Below are positions 27,199-41,552 of a stretch of 64,000 nucleotides of DNA, one piece after another. Made by a program: the position numbers and the translations under genes. Within the stretch, counting starts at the first letter, position 1. Each line of letters opens with the position of its first letter. The notes beneath the pieces were generated by a model. The model was not told the DNA's origin and did no database searches. It saw only the letters and a program-made list of their open reading frames with translations. The DNA is from Octopus vulgaris (Eukaryota): the NCBI GenBank assembly GCA_951406725.2, contig OX597817.1, positions 118,420,001-118,484,000 of the forward strand, written 5' to 3'.

Positions 27199-27749
27199 AT
27201 CAATAAAATGTCTCACTAGAGATTTCTTGAGTCTACTTACATACCGCTATATATCCATCAAACATCAAAATGAGTAAAATATCACATAACCGGATAGCTA
27301 TTCACTCTCCTGAGTTCATTTGCATTTCCATAGCTCTTATTTTCACCCCGAAGGTGGCCCAAAACATACCCTACACACCAAATAGACTATGCAAGAGAAT
27401 ATACCCGGTTACAATTAACATATAACAGGTAGCGCTCAAGAGCAACCTAATATGTGTGTGTGTGTGTGTGTGTGTACATCTTTATATGCATACTCACACA
27501 TATAGATGATATTTGCCTGTACATGAATAACGAAAGGGAAGGAAGAGTAAAGTTATGTAGTTGAGAATTTGGTTTCGTAATGGTGAGATTCGAGCTCTCC
27601 CACTCTATCGTCGTATGTCAAAGGGGAGTGCGTTTGAACGTCTATGTTTATCTGCGTATGTGTGCGTTTGTGCGTAAAGACGAACTGGGAGATGTGCTTT
27701 TAAGAATGTAGACGCAGTTAAGCTATGCATATCATCTTTTAACTGTTAC

Positions 27750-28166
27750 ATCTTTCATTCATTGATTTGTAACAATGCAACACCACCAACTTGAAGTGTT
27801 TTTAGTCGATGAAACCGTACCCACTACTTCTCTTTAGACTCTGATACATATTGTTTCCTTCCCGTATACCCAACCACTAAGTTGCGAGGATATAAACAAA
27901 CTAAAGCCCGTTCTCAAGTGATGTGTTGACAGACACAAACATTACAGACAACCATACACACATATACATACAGACATGTACATACAGACAACCATACGCA
28001 CATATGTATGTATGTACGACGGGCTTCTTTCAGTTTTCGTCTACCAAGGCTTTCATTGGTCCGGGGCTATACTAGAAGGTACATGCCCAAGTTTTCAGAC
28101 AGAAGGATTAAACACAAAACCATGTGGTTGGGAGGCAAATTTCTTAACACACAGCCACGCATACGC
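27750..28166 (-). mobile_element. Degenerate SINE family A
   Basis: gacgggcttctttcagttttcgtctacc..ggggctatactagaagg..ccatgtggttgg..cacacagccac. Confidence 0.75.
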
Positions 28167-30139
28167 TCACTGAACAGAAAAAAATTAGAATCTTTACGAA
28201 TTCCTTTCATATTTGTTCATCGTTCATCAAAGAAGACGTACCCCGATTTTCATCACACTCATCTGAAGTATATTTATCAACTATGTATAGTAGGTATATC
28301 TCCAACTTTCTCTATATTTTAATGTACAGATATATGCTTTTTACAACTAGGGATTAATTAAATAATGTATAACTACGCGCAGTACCATGTTAAAAAAGAC
28401 ACCGTAAAATAATATGTTTGACCTCGCCACCTTCTCTTTGAATGTAGAGGGAAAAGACTCCTGGAATTATTAGATAATTTCCTTTGAAATCAGAAATGTG
28501 TCGCCTTTTGGGTCGAGTCAGATTCTTTTATTATTTTCGTGTGTCCACCTAAGCCTTCTGAGTCGATTCCGGCTGTGACACACCGATTCTGCCTTAGGAT
28601 TTCGTTAAGTGTAGACTGTGGAATACTCTGCCAATAACACGCTACAGAATTCTCATCGTCAAAACACATGTACATCCATTTGCTTTTCAAAGATTTATCT
28701 AAAAGTAGTCGGATTGGTAGATATGCATAACCAGACTACACTGATGGATACGAAATATCAGAGTTGCTAGAACTATATATTTATTTCTATTTAATCGAAA
28801 TTTATGTTCATCTCATACATCTTTTTACTTTCTCCTAACGCTTGGTATTATCATTGAGTCGAACGCTTAAATAGCAAGTAAAAAAAAGACGTATGTGTCG
28901 ATAACGTTTAGATATTTAGTATTGATATACTTTTCAATATTTCTATGCAGATTTCTTTTCTTGTGCATTCTGCTTAAAGAATGATCACAGTCCTTGATTC
29001 CATTGGATAACAATGATTCCTTGATAAAATCAAAAGGCAGCAGTATATTGTATTTATTTACTTCTGATTTTTTTCCCTTTCTAATACATTTTACTGAGTA
29101 AATCTGAAACAGCATCGAGAATTGCCAATTTTTCTATATAGCGAGAAGGAAAAAATTCAGAACTTGGATAATATTATAACTAATATCATATGTTGATATC
29201 GGTTCTATGTATCTCAACAAAATCTGTTTTGATAAGAATTACTATAATTATTTTCCAGCTTGATAATGGAAAACGAACTATTGTATAAACATGAAGTGTT
29301 GTTCTAAAATAGATTACTTGACTATAGGTTTTAAGGAACAGATATACTCGTGTGTATTGGTAGTAATCATAAATACCTGAAACTAAACTATTCCAAATGA
29401 AAATCAAATCTGGTTTATGAAATTGGTTTATCGAGAACTTATAACCACGCGTCTAGATCCAGCATAATATCCGATAAACGATATCATTACGAATTAACGA
29501 GGAAGTCTCTACACAAATATTAACTCTGCTAGTAATAGTAGACGAATGTTCTCTAATCACAATCTACAACCAAAAATACAGTAGGATACATTGAACAACA
29601 CAATACCCAATATTGAAAAACACAAGATGTCTGGCTCGGCTTTAATTATTGGATCTTCTGGACCAGATTTGACTTGACACTAGACAGCAACATTAACAAA
29701 TATAGTATTAATATCTTCTTAATTTATAATCCAACAGATGATCTCTTTAAAATATCCGAAATAGACGCGCACTAGTAGTATACTGTGTTTCCAGTAATAT
29801 GTCTACATTTAAACTTGGAGATATAATTTGTTAGAACATTTATTGTCATCTGCAACGTTTTCTATTTGTAATATATTGATTATTTTAGGTGTGAGAAAAG
29901 TCGATAAAAATAAATTTTAATACTTAAATAGTAAGCAGTTTATCGATCCAGAGGGGATTAAAGGCAAATTTGGATTCGGCAGTATTTGAATAGAGAACGA
30001 GGGGTCTTGACTGAAGACAGCAAAACATTTTGTCTGCCAATTTCCTGAGTCTTTCATCCAATTGTTGGGAGAGATATAGAAAAAAGAAGATGGTGTCCAT
30101 CGAGCTCCTGCGCAGATGTGAAAAGAAGTAGGTATATTA

Positions 30140-30360
30140 TTTTATTCTTTTAATTGCTTCAGTCATTTGACTGTGGTCATGCTAGAGCACCGTCTTAAAG
30201 GACTTAAATCGAAGAAATTGCCCCAGGACTTATTTTTTGTAAGCCTAGTACTTTTTCTATCGGTCTGTTTTGACGAACCATGAAGTTACGGGGACGTAAA
30301 CACACAAAAATTACTTCTCAAACAATGGTCGGGGGATAAACACAGATACAAAGAGACACG
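30140..30360 (-). mobile_element. SINE family A, 3' part
   Basis: catttgactgtggtcatgctagagcacc..aagttacggggacgtaaacacac matches 1790-1930. Confidence 0.8.
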
Positions 30361-30489
30361 CACATAACTATATATATGTACATATATATATATATATATA
30401 CGAGAAGAAAATGGATGTAAATAACAAAGGGAAATTCGTGGTTTTCACTGATATGCCTTTAATTAAATTAGATAACTAAGAAGAAGGTA

Positions 30490-30540
30490 GCATTTACGAT
30501 CGTTTCAATTTACTAGTTTTAGTAAATCTCTTCAGAATGC
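30490..30540 (-). ncRNA. Minimal type-I hammerhead ribozyme with intact core
   Basis: Minus strand gcatt-CTGAAGA-gatttact-aaaact-agtaaatt-GAAA-cg-at-cg-T-A-aatgc: 5-bp stem I, 8-bp stem II (first pair G-U), palindromic stem III ACGATCGT, GUA site. Confidence 0.85.
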
Positions 30541-32009
30541 GAAAATAGATTGATGCATCGGTCATAATACGAAAATGATTGATATATATGTGATGGTAAT
30601 AGAGGCACCGTTAGTAAATCTTGCATTAATTTTTTTCCTTGAGCTGGTTATTTAGTGGAGGAGAGGTTTCATCTTAGTAGTTTGGTTACTTTATTCCGTT
30701 GGGTAATTAGAGCGGGGTGTATATTATTTTGGTGTGGGGTTCCGAGTTTAACTAAGCATATTTTTCGCAAGTGTGCATTAAATTGGTTTAAGTCCACGGT
30801 GAGTTTTAGTCACCTGCGGTGTAAGTGAAGGAGAGTGTAAATCTAACTTAGGGTGAAAAGTGAGTTAACTCATACCAGTTTTATTAGGCAAGGTAGGGTG
30901 GATTAAAATTGTATTATGGCTAAAAATTATATTATGGCAACAGTTTAAGAAGTTCTTAGTGCTAGAAGTAAACTATTATGGAATGTGGAGGGCGAGTGGG
31001 TTTGCGGGGTGACAGTTTATGAGTAAGTATTTGAGATGGTTCCCAAATAGATGACTAGATGAATAGATGACTATGCTAGTTTGGGATTTATAGAGCGTCG
31101 TATCAGTTATCAGATATGGCGAGATTGGGGCAATTGTACACCTAGCGCGGCACATCCCTCGCTAAGCCTCACGATAACCAATTTTTTTTCCATTAAGAGA
31201 GAATTAAAAATAGAATATAAGAGAAATAAGAGAGAGTCGACTCTAATAGAGGATATGCCTTTACTGTAAAGGTAAAGTTGGCATCAGCGATATCTGAACT
31301 CAGAATGAAGAACAACTTTACGAGGTATTATTAATAAATCGGTACGTCACTTATATACATATATGATCATATGATGGTGTTCGAGTTACATATATTTTCA
31401 ATCAAAGAATACTTAGACATCTAAGAGATAATCGCAATATTTACCAAACTCAGTGTTATGATTAACAGAATCAAATGAAACCACAGAAAAAAGACGTCTC
31501 ACTTTGAACGTGGTCAGGACCGAAAAGTGATATAATAAAAAGACAACCATAAATGAATATGTATATAAAAATATATATAAAAACTGAAACAAGTTAGTTG
31601 CCGTGAGGTTGCGTAGAGTCCTAATGTCTCGGGCAGGGATCGAAATATATCAAAGTTTACTAACTACATGGTTTTTTTCACATACTTATTCCATCTACAT
31701 ACTTTATATCTTTTTACACTCCTCTTATTTCATCCTGCTTATTTTTTCCGTTCTATGTTATTTGCCTTGTAATCTGCAACATTCTGTCTCTGTTATGTTA
31801 TCCTCTACATTCTTCTGCCGTCATTTTCGTTACTTGTTTTCTAACCTTTATCTCTTAATTTTACTTTTTATTCCTTTCGCTCCTCTGTGCTTTTCCTTCA
31901 TTTCCTGCTTCTCTTCCTTTTCGCTTTTTATTCACCAACTTCTATTTCTTCTCATTTTTTTACATCTAATACTCTGCACGTGACATCATCGTCGCTCTAA
32001 TCTACCTCA

Positions 32010-32016
32010 TCCTTCT

Positions 32017-32048
<32 letters not shown>

Positions 32049-32107
32049 TTCTACTTCTTCTACTTCTTCTTCTACTTCTTCTTCTACTTCTTCTTCTACT
32101 TCTTCTC

Positions 32108-32139
<32 letters not shown>

Positions 32140-32230
32140 CTTCTTCTTCTTCTTCGTCTTCTCTTCTCTTCTTCTTCTTCTTCTTCTTCTTCTTCTTCTT
32201 TTTCTTCTTCGTTTTCTTCTTCGTCTTCTA

Positions 32231-32280
<50 letters not shown>

Positions 32281-32315
32281 CATTATTATTATTATTATTA
32301 TCATCATCATCATCA

Positions 32316-32361
<46 letters not shown>

Positions 32362-32372
32362 CATTATTATTA
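32010..32372. repeat. Compound (CTT)n(ATT)n(ATC)n microsatellite
   Basis: Seen directly. Confidence 0.95.
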
Positions 32373-33234
32373 TTTAGCAATAGAAGCAGAGGAAGCAGCC
32401 GTGGTGATGTCTTCAATGCAAGCAGTTACTTTTTATCCTCTGCAAGATTCATCATCACCTTCTTCCTCCTCCTCCTCGTATTCTTCTTCTTCTTCTCCTC
32501 CTGTTCCTCTTCTTCGTCGTCCTCTTCTTCTTCTCATACTCCCCTCTCTTCTTTTCCTTCATCTATATTTCTTTCATGTTTCCTCAGATCTCGTTTGACC
32601 ATCTTCTCACTCATACCCTCATACTTATCTATCAAAATGCATAACATCTTAGATATTTACCCTAATGAGAGAGAGCTAACTACGAATTGTAAATCTCAAC
32701 AGCAATAAAAGGCGACAATATTGCTATATATTGAATAAATTTCACATTTTTGTCTCCATTTTCCTTAGAATCAGACATGTTGAACGTGTTCCGAGCCATC
32801 TCTAATGACCTGTGTTGAAAAACTCTGTAATTTAACATAATTTAGACGGCAATCAGTTGAGAGCTGCATATGTTTCCTGTAGACTGTAACAATCCATAAA
32901 CCGCGTGGAAGACTCTCTGGTGTCGGAATTATATGATTATGATCGCGGTTGTGTTGCATACTTAGTCTACAATCCAATGAAGGTTATACATAGTTAGAAA
33001 CACACCTCCTTTGTCTTAATCTGTGGTTTCTAACGGACAAATTTCCCTGATTTTGTGTTTGGTGTATGTGGAGAGTAGCTGTTTGTGATAACAGCTGCTC
33101 GTGACAATTCAATAGCAGTTATTTTGTTAATGTTTTTTTTTACAAGAAAAATAATGCTCTCAACCACGCAACTTCTGAGATATATACGCATATATGTGCG
33201 TGCGTGCATGTATGTGTGCGTGTAGACATATATA

Positions 33235-33237
33235 CAG

Positions 33238-33307
<70 letters not shown>

Positions 33308-33462
33308 GTAGGTAGATAGATAGATAGAGAGAGAGAGAGAGATAGGTAGATAGATAGAGAGAGATAGGCAGACAGACAGACAGAAAGACTGACAGACAGA
33401 TAGATAGACAGACAGACAAATAGATAGATAGATAAATAAATATAGATAGATAGATAGGTAGA

Positions 33463-33552
<90 letters not shown>

Positions 33553-33659
33553 TAGGTAGATAGATAGAGATAGATAGGCAGACAGACAGACGGACGGACA
33601 GACAGACTGACAGACAGATAGATAGATAGACAGACAAATAGATAGATAGATAAATAAAT

Positions 33660-33744
<85 letters not shown>

Positions 33745-33749
33745 TAGAC

Positions 33750-33784
<35 letters not shown>

Positions 33785-33789
33785 CAGAC

Positions 33790-33840
<51 letters not shown>
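33235..33840. repeat. GATA/GACA/GA compound microsatellite with a higher-order duplication
   Basis: The block gataggtagatagatagaga..gataggcagacagac..gacaaatagatagatagataaataaatatagat occurs twice (~33340 and ~33550). Confidence 0.85.
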
Positions 33841-33841
<1 letters not shown>

Positions 33842-33861
33842 TTCCAACGTTTCCGCATCGG

Positions 33862-34075
33862 TTTCATGGCACAATCGTTAGCACGCCAGCCAAAGCGCTT
33901 AATAGCATTCCGTTCGTCTTCACGTTTTGAGTTCAAATTCTCCCGAGATGTACTTTGCTTTTTAACTTTTCGGGGTTAATAAAATAAGTACCAGTTGTGT
34001 AATGTAATTGATCTGATCGACTCACCACATTCCCGGAAATTGATAGCCTTGTGCCGAAAGTTGAAATCAATATTT
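33862..34075 (+). mobile_element. SINE family B, diverged
   Basis: tggcacaatcgttagcacgcc..gagttcaaattc..ctttcggggttaataaaataagtaccagtt..gccttgtgcc. Confidence 0.8.
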
Positions 34076-34442
34076 TATTTTAAAGAAAATTATGTAAGTT
34101 TTCTGATTGATGAATAAGCACAAATCAATAGAAGAAGCAACGGAATCGATTGAATCCACCCCACTAAAATACCTGCAGTTTTTTTAATTGAACTTGAATA
34201 TATAGGTAGAAAATGTAGGTTCTTTAAGGCATCTTGTCCTGTTTATTACGGATTTTTACAACTTATTACTCTCCTATTCAACAATAATGCTATGTCCGAT
34301 AAATTATTGCCTCATTAGGATGCTATTGAAAACCTCATCTATGCATAATTAGAACCAGTAAGCAAGGAGGAATATTTATCTATCAATCAAAACACTTTAT
34401 CTATCTATCCATCTATCAATCTCTGTATGTATGTATGTATGT

Positions 34443-34978
<536 letters not shown>

Positions 34979-35018
34979 ATAAATGGAGTTAACCTCAGGT
35001 GTTATTCAAATTCTTTTA

Positions 35019-35103
35019 CTTCGGACACGTTTTGAAGATATCATGAGTATTATTCTAAAGGAATAAAATGGTGTAAAACGATGTAATCTTCTCTTCGGGG
35101 AAT
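35019..35103 (-). ncRNA. Degenerate hammerhead motif, same family as 41471-41552
   Basis: Minus strand CCGAAGA-gaagat...atcttc-AAAA-cgtg-T-C-cgaagtaaaagaattt; the stem II loop resembles the 41483-41535 sequence. Confidence 0.55.
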
Positions 35104-35694
35104 TGAAGAATTATAACTCGTCCATGAGGCATTTTAACAGAATATGATGTATAGCTATTACTCTATTATCAACTCGCACAGAGTTAGAATTGGTTTTTCC
35201 AAAACAAAAAGATCTCTTACAAATTATCTCCTCACATAATATTAGCCAGTTAAATAGGAATACATTTTCTAATACTAACATTAATTTAGCTAATACCATC
35301 CATCCCCCAGAAATATTAATAACAAGGTTATTTCTCTGAAGTCAATTCCAGAATTAAGTTTATGATAGTAGCTCTAAAAACAATAGGAAAAAATTCTATA
35401 TACCAGTGTTTATTACTTCAGGTACCGATGTCTTTTTTCATGAATTTTACATCGAGCAAATCGACCCAGGACTTAGTAAACTAGTATTTGTTCTATCAAC
35501 GAGGAGTTTGCATATTAAGTTGTGTTTGGAATTTTTCAATAAAAAGATTCTCCTTGTTAATTCTCTCCTGTGTGGTGATCCCATCTTTACATTAACCGGT
35601 TGAATAAATATATATATTTATATATTTTATCATTTTCTCATTTTATTAAAATTTTCTTTCATTTGAGCATTCTGCATTTTTAAAAATTTTTCCT

Positions 35695-35959
<265 letters not shown>

Positions 35960-35960
<1 letters not shown>

Positions 35961-36110
35961 GACGGGCTACTTTCTGTTTCCGTCTAACATATTGACTCAG
36001 AAGTCTTTGGTCCGCATGAGGTTATACAAGAAGACATTTGCGTATGGTGCCACACAGTGGAACTGAACACGGAACCATGTGGTTGGTAAGCAAGTTTCTT
36101 ACCACACACA
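35960..36110 (-). mobile_element. SINE family A, 5' part
   Basis: ggtgccacacagtggaactgaacacggaaccatgtggttggtaagcaag..taccacaca. Confidence 0.8.
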
Positions 36111-38203
36111 CTTATCGAAATCTTTCCTAAATAAGTGTAAAAACTTGACACAGCAAGCCCAAAACAGTTAAAATCCTTTACTTTCACTTACAATGCTCAG
36201 CTATGGCAGTCACCTGTGGTATGTATATATAACAAGGACAAGGTAACACAGGGGGAAAGATATGAACCACTAACACAGACACAGGTAGGGCTTCACTTTT
36301 TGAATCTGGCTAATTGTAAGTCTCAAGTAATAAAATATTTCGATAAGTAATATTACTTCTATAATGGGGCAGAAGGTTAGCAAAAACTGTTGAACGTGTC
36401 CTTCATCAAAAGAAATCGATATTGTATATGATAGATATTATTCAAAACATGATGTGTATTAATGATTCCTTATATATTAATCATACTTTCGACCTGTTCA
36501 TCTCACGCAAGTGTGAAAAATAGAGTCAAAGATCAAATGTTTTGTATTTTATGATATTTTATGATTAACGTTTCGTAGCCAATGATATAAATCAATGACT
36601 TATTGACCTATTAAGAAAGCAAAATAACATTTACATGTTTAAATACCGATATGTTTTATAAGTAACGGGATATCAATGAAAGTTTCTTTTTTTTAATTTA
36701 CGAAAACACTTGAATATCATTTTATTCAATCTTTTATTATTTTCCTGGTTTTAGTAAATCATATGGGGGTAACGCCTTCAATGGTTTTAGTCGATTTTCT
36801 ATCGACCTCTGTGCTTTGTTTGATACCGTTTTATCGATCTCTAGTTATCGAATGGCTATATAAATGTAATCATTAACAAAATTGACAGATAAAAAAATTG
36901 AAGAGCTAATAAAGTGCATTCAGAGAGAAATAAAAGACGACACAAGAATTTTTTATTTGATATATTTTAGTAGATGAACACACAATTAAGCAGATAGGTT
37001 GTCAGATCTGATACATAAATCTATTGTGAATTACAGTGAATTATGTCCTTCATTAAAATATGCAAACGAAATTGGTGTCATCTACCTGGTTTCTAAAGCT
37101 GGATAAATAGCAGCCAATTATGACTTAAATCACACCTTACTGCCTTTGTATATGAATAACACATTTCATAATGCTGTGGATACGTTAATGCCGGGAAACA
37201 AAATCAAGGTTGTATCTTTGACCAGAATTTGCCAAGGGATAAACTCCCACAAAAACAATTAACAACTACAACCGTTGTATGCAAACCTTAAATGGTAATA
37301 TTAAGTGATAATTGTGAGGGGGGAATTTTTAATATTACCAATGCATTCACTTTCCAACTGAAACTAAACAACATCAACGAAATATTCTGATACAGTAAGT
37401 ACAGAATCTGAAAACATGAGATTATAAAACATAAAAGAAAATAAAAAAATGAATATATATAAAACATTTAAACGAACAGTCAAATAAGTAATTATATTAC
37501 TATAATATGTATGTCTATCTCAATATTCTGGGATTTCCTTTATAAAAAGTATGTACAATATTTTGTCAGCGGATAAAAGCTAATTTGTATGATATACATA
37601 CGACTGTAAAATATTTCACTATTTAGTGATACCACTAATCTTCCATAGTTTGTACTTTGAAGGAAATACCTATATCTATACCAAATCAGTCATATTTCTG
37701 TGATCAACGCTCTTCTATTGATATCCAAATCAACATTGCTTTCTTATCTATAATTAATATCCTGCGTATCGTCTGTTCCATTGTGAGTTCTCCATTTTGC
37801 CGTACGAAAATTAATAGTTACAACGGGCTGATAGTGAGAATATGAATACATTTCATGTTCTAAAGAGAATTCTTAGGAAAATATTTGAAAATTCGAAATG
37901 TGTCTTGTCAAATAATTTCAAAAATCTAATATTGATCTTGATTCGATTAATGGAACAACCAACCTGATTATTACAGCTATCTCCGCCCAAACCTAAGACA
38001 TGCTGTTCAATATCGCTTTTTCTAGAACCGCAAAAGATTTTTTGTACTTCCTTTTTATTTCATTTTCTTTCTGTATATTTCCTATTCCCTTCTCCCACTA
38101 TATCTCTATCGCTACTCCACTCTGTTTCTTCCATATTGCCATCTACCATTCTGTCTCTCTCTCTCCTTCTCTCATTCTCTCTTTTCTCTCTCCCATTTCT
38201 CTC

Positions 38204-38272
<69 letters not shown>

Positions 38273-38445
38273 ATTCCTTTCACTCTTTCAGTCACTCTGT
38301 ACTCCTATCTACAGTGCTATCATTGAAATTTTACTGACAATATACTCACTCACGCACAACTTCTCAGTTATATGTACGTGCTTACGAATACTCCCTCGTA
38401 CGCCTACGCACTCCCACGCGATCACGCGCGCACACACACAGACAT

Positions 38446-38477
<32 letters not shown>

Positions 38478-38794
38478 CACATATATATACATAAATATAA
38501 TATAATATATTTTCTTTGTATTTCAAGCCTTGTAGTCCACATTCTCCATTGGTTTTCTTTGCAATGTTCTTTGAACATAAATATTTTCCCAAGGGTGGTT
38601 ACTAAATCTCCACTACTGTAGAGCATATACACAGAAATATATTTTATCTCAAGATAAAAGTTAATGCTGATCCTATACATCATCGGAAAACATGAACATT
38701 ATATCAAATAAATACTTAGTATAATATTTTATTATATTTAGTCTTTTTCTCTCTCTCGCTCACTATATATATATATATATATCCCTCCCTCCCC

Positions 38795-38859
<65 letters not shown>

Positions 38860-38862
<3 letters not shown>

Positions 38863-40262
38863 GGTGTGGTGAATAAGGATGGTATGGACGGATGCAACCA
38901 ATACTGACGTTCTCTCTTGTGTTGGCCTCCCCACCATGCTCACTTTGCTAAGACAACGTCGGCTGCGCTGGATTGGCCAAGTTTGCCGTATGGAGGATGG
39001 TCGGATTCCAAAGGATATCCTCTTCGGAGAGCTTGTCGCAGGGCTGAGAAAAATTTGCCGCCCGAAGCTGAGGTGCAGGGATGTGTGCAGGGGGATATGA
39101 AGACACTTAGCATCAACACCAATTCTTGGGAGGATCTCACAGCCAACCGAACCAGCTGGAGAGGCACTCTTCACAAACAGCTGCAGACTGGCGAAAAGAG
39201 TACGAGGGTGGCGGCAGCTGAAAACCGAGCCCGCAGAAAAGAAATGACAGCCAACAGACCGGATTCAACCTATAGGTGTGACCTCTGCAAACGAGACTGC
39301 CACTCTCGCATTGGTCTCTACAGCCACAGGACGCGTTGCAAAAACTGAATAGACAACTCAACGGACGGATGACATCATCCATAGTCAGCCATAACCAACG
39401 GAGGCCCAAGCAAAGGTAAATAAGCTGTCGTGTAAATTATGCAAAGATGAAACTAACACTGACAGTACGTTTTAACAGATATATTTAGTAAAATTACATA
39501 AAAATATCTCGATATGCAACAGAGTAAATTTATTCTATAAAATTGCCATTGATCAACCTAGGCCTCCAGACGACTTCGGAATCTCCTGCAACTCTTCTGG
39601 ACGGTCTGTTTACCTTAGTGAATGCTGCCATAATCCTTGCGTTAAGTCCATCTTTGATGTTATAAGGAATTTATTTGGTCCCTCGCTCAACTGCGCCCCA
39701 CAATAATAATCAGGGGAATTGCAGTCTGGGCAGTTAGCTTGCCAGATGTTACGAGTGATGTAGTCGCAGAAATTGTTTGACAGCCATGATTATCTTCTCC
39801 TGCTTGTGTGACACGGCGCAGAGTCCTGTTGCCAGACATAGGTTCTTCCAGCAGCCACTCCCTTCACCCAGGACAGCATTTCATTATCCAGGAACTTGAT
39901 GTACGCCTCCGTGTTGAGTTTGAGGCCGTGTGGGAAAATGAATGAAGGGCATAACGAGTGATCACTCCAAACACCATGAGGTTGACTAGTTGTTTGACTT
40001 TTACTACGATCAGTACATATCCTCAGATTGCACTAACCTTAAATTTACAGCAAAACACTGAGATGTTCATATGGAGCTTCCCGCGCGAATACCAAGCAGT
40101 ACAGCATGTCGTTTCCAAATCTCTGGCGTCACGAATTGCGTCATTGTGCAGTTTTTTTCACAAACGGTACCCAACTAACCCTACTTCACTGTGTACTCGA
40201 CAAAAGGAAAAACAATGAGCATGCGCGAAATTAAAAATAAAAAATTGTGACAATTTTGTTGT
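38860..40262 (-). mobile_element. Decayed, internally deleted Tc1/mariner DD37D (maT-type) transposon, interrupted by an RTE fragment
   Basis: TA-CAGGGTG terminus at 38860; minus-strand frame VWQQDSAPCHTSRRR*SWLSNNFCDYITRNIWQANCPDCNSPDYYLWG has 37 residues between the 2nd and 3rd Asp. Confidence 0.85.
38878..39414 (+). pseudogene. RTE-clade LINE 3' fragment with a 10-bp TSD
   Basis: QRRLRWIGQVCRMEDGRIPKDILFGEL, then frameshift to WEDLTANRTSWR..CDLCKRDCHSRIGLYSHRTRC; TSD ggtgaataag (38868-77) / ggtaaataag (39415-24). Confidence 0.9.
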
Positions 40263-41301
40263 GTGCGTATGTGTATGTGATTTATAATATATATAATATA
40301 TAATAATCCATGGATGGAGTATCCATCGGTTACACATTTGTTCCTTTCAACGTTGGTGCCATATAGCCTAAAGAAATTAACATATGAATTATGATGCATC
40401 CGATGTCCAAGGATACTACGGATTGTATTGTAATCATCCAAAGAATACGGACTGTGATCGTAAGAAACATATCATTTGTAGAAACGCTCGTAGCTGTCCA
40501 TTAAAATATTTATAATTCCATGTATGGATAATTGTTATTATTTTTCCTATAGTTATCCTATATTTTATTGGCACAGCTCGATAAAACCCCAAACAAATTT
40601 TATTGCAAGGTGGTATCATTAAGCTGAAGCCGACATAATAAACAAGGAGCTTCTATAAGCCCACTCAACAATGATTCCCGTAAACGAACTTAAAGGATAC
40701 ATTATAATATATATATATATTTGTATGTGTGTGTGTGTGTGTGCTGTGTGCTGTGTGGTGTGTGTGGTGTGTGCGTGGTGTGTGTGTGTAGGTAATGTAC
40801 ACGCGTACTGTCGTCTTATAGACATCTATGTACGTCCAAATATAATTGAAATACTTTATTTCCTATAAACCTTATATGAGTCACACAAAGTATGTTAAGC
40901 GGGCACAAGCCTATAGAGTACACAGACGTTTCTATGCTGATTCAACGTGTAGGTCCTTCCGTTGATCGAATATTTCGTACAATCATCGCGGAAAAGTATT
41001 AAATTTTACGTATACAAGATTTATGATTCGATGGTATTTTCTTCATATTTTATTTTATGTAGAGGAAAGTTGTTAGCACCCCAGACGTTTTCGCAGTGTG
41101 TGGAATACTGAAAAGTAACAGAAAGAAACTTCATCTCAATTGTTGCTGTAGTAGGAAAAAGTGTAGCAGAAGGAAGAAAGAAATGCCAGTTTGAGTACGC
41201 TGAATGATTCCAAAATAGCTAAAGACACCCAATGGCCACGTTAGATTTTTGAAACTGGGAGCTGGATTACGCCTGCTATCCTATAGAAAATGCATAGCTT
41301 T

Positions 41302-41363
<62 letters not shown>

Positions 41364-41470
41364 GAAAGAATGGAGTCGAACGAAGAAAAAATCACTCATT
41401 ATCGTTTTGTTTACCATGTAGGCAGTCATCAAAATTTTTGTTTGTCTTGTTGTCGAGAGAGGCTCCCTTT

Positions 41471-41552
41471 CTTTCCTGATGAGAAGATTGCGTAATGCAC
41501 CCTTTATTACTTTGGAATGAAAACATGTTGTCTTCGAAACATATGTCGAGAG
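41471..41552 (+). ncRNA. Minimal type-I hammerhead ribozyme, fully intact core, long loop 2
   Basis: ctttc-CTGATGA-gaagat-(41 nt)-gtcttc-GAAA-catatg-T-C-gagag; palindromic stem III ACATATGT; GUC site after 41547; stem I extends via ccttt/aaagg. Confidence 0.88.

Noticed and set aside
29450-29810. Possible ancient R4 RT N-terminal remnant
   Set aside because: Only vague residual motifs, too decayed to call
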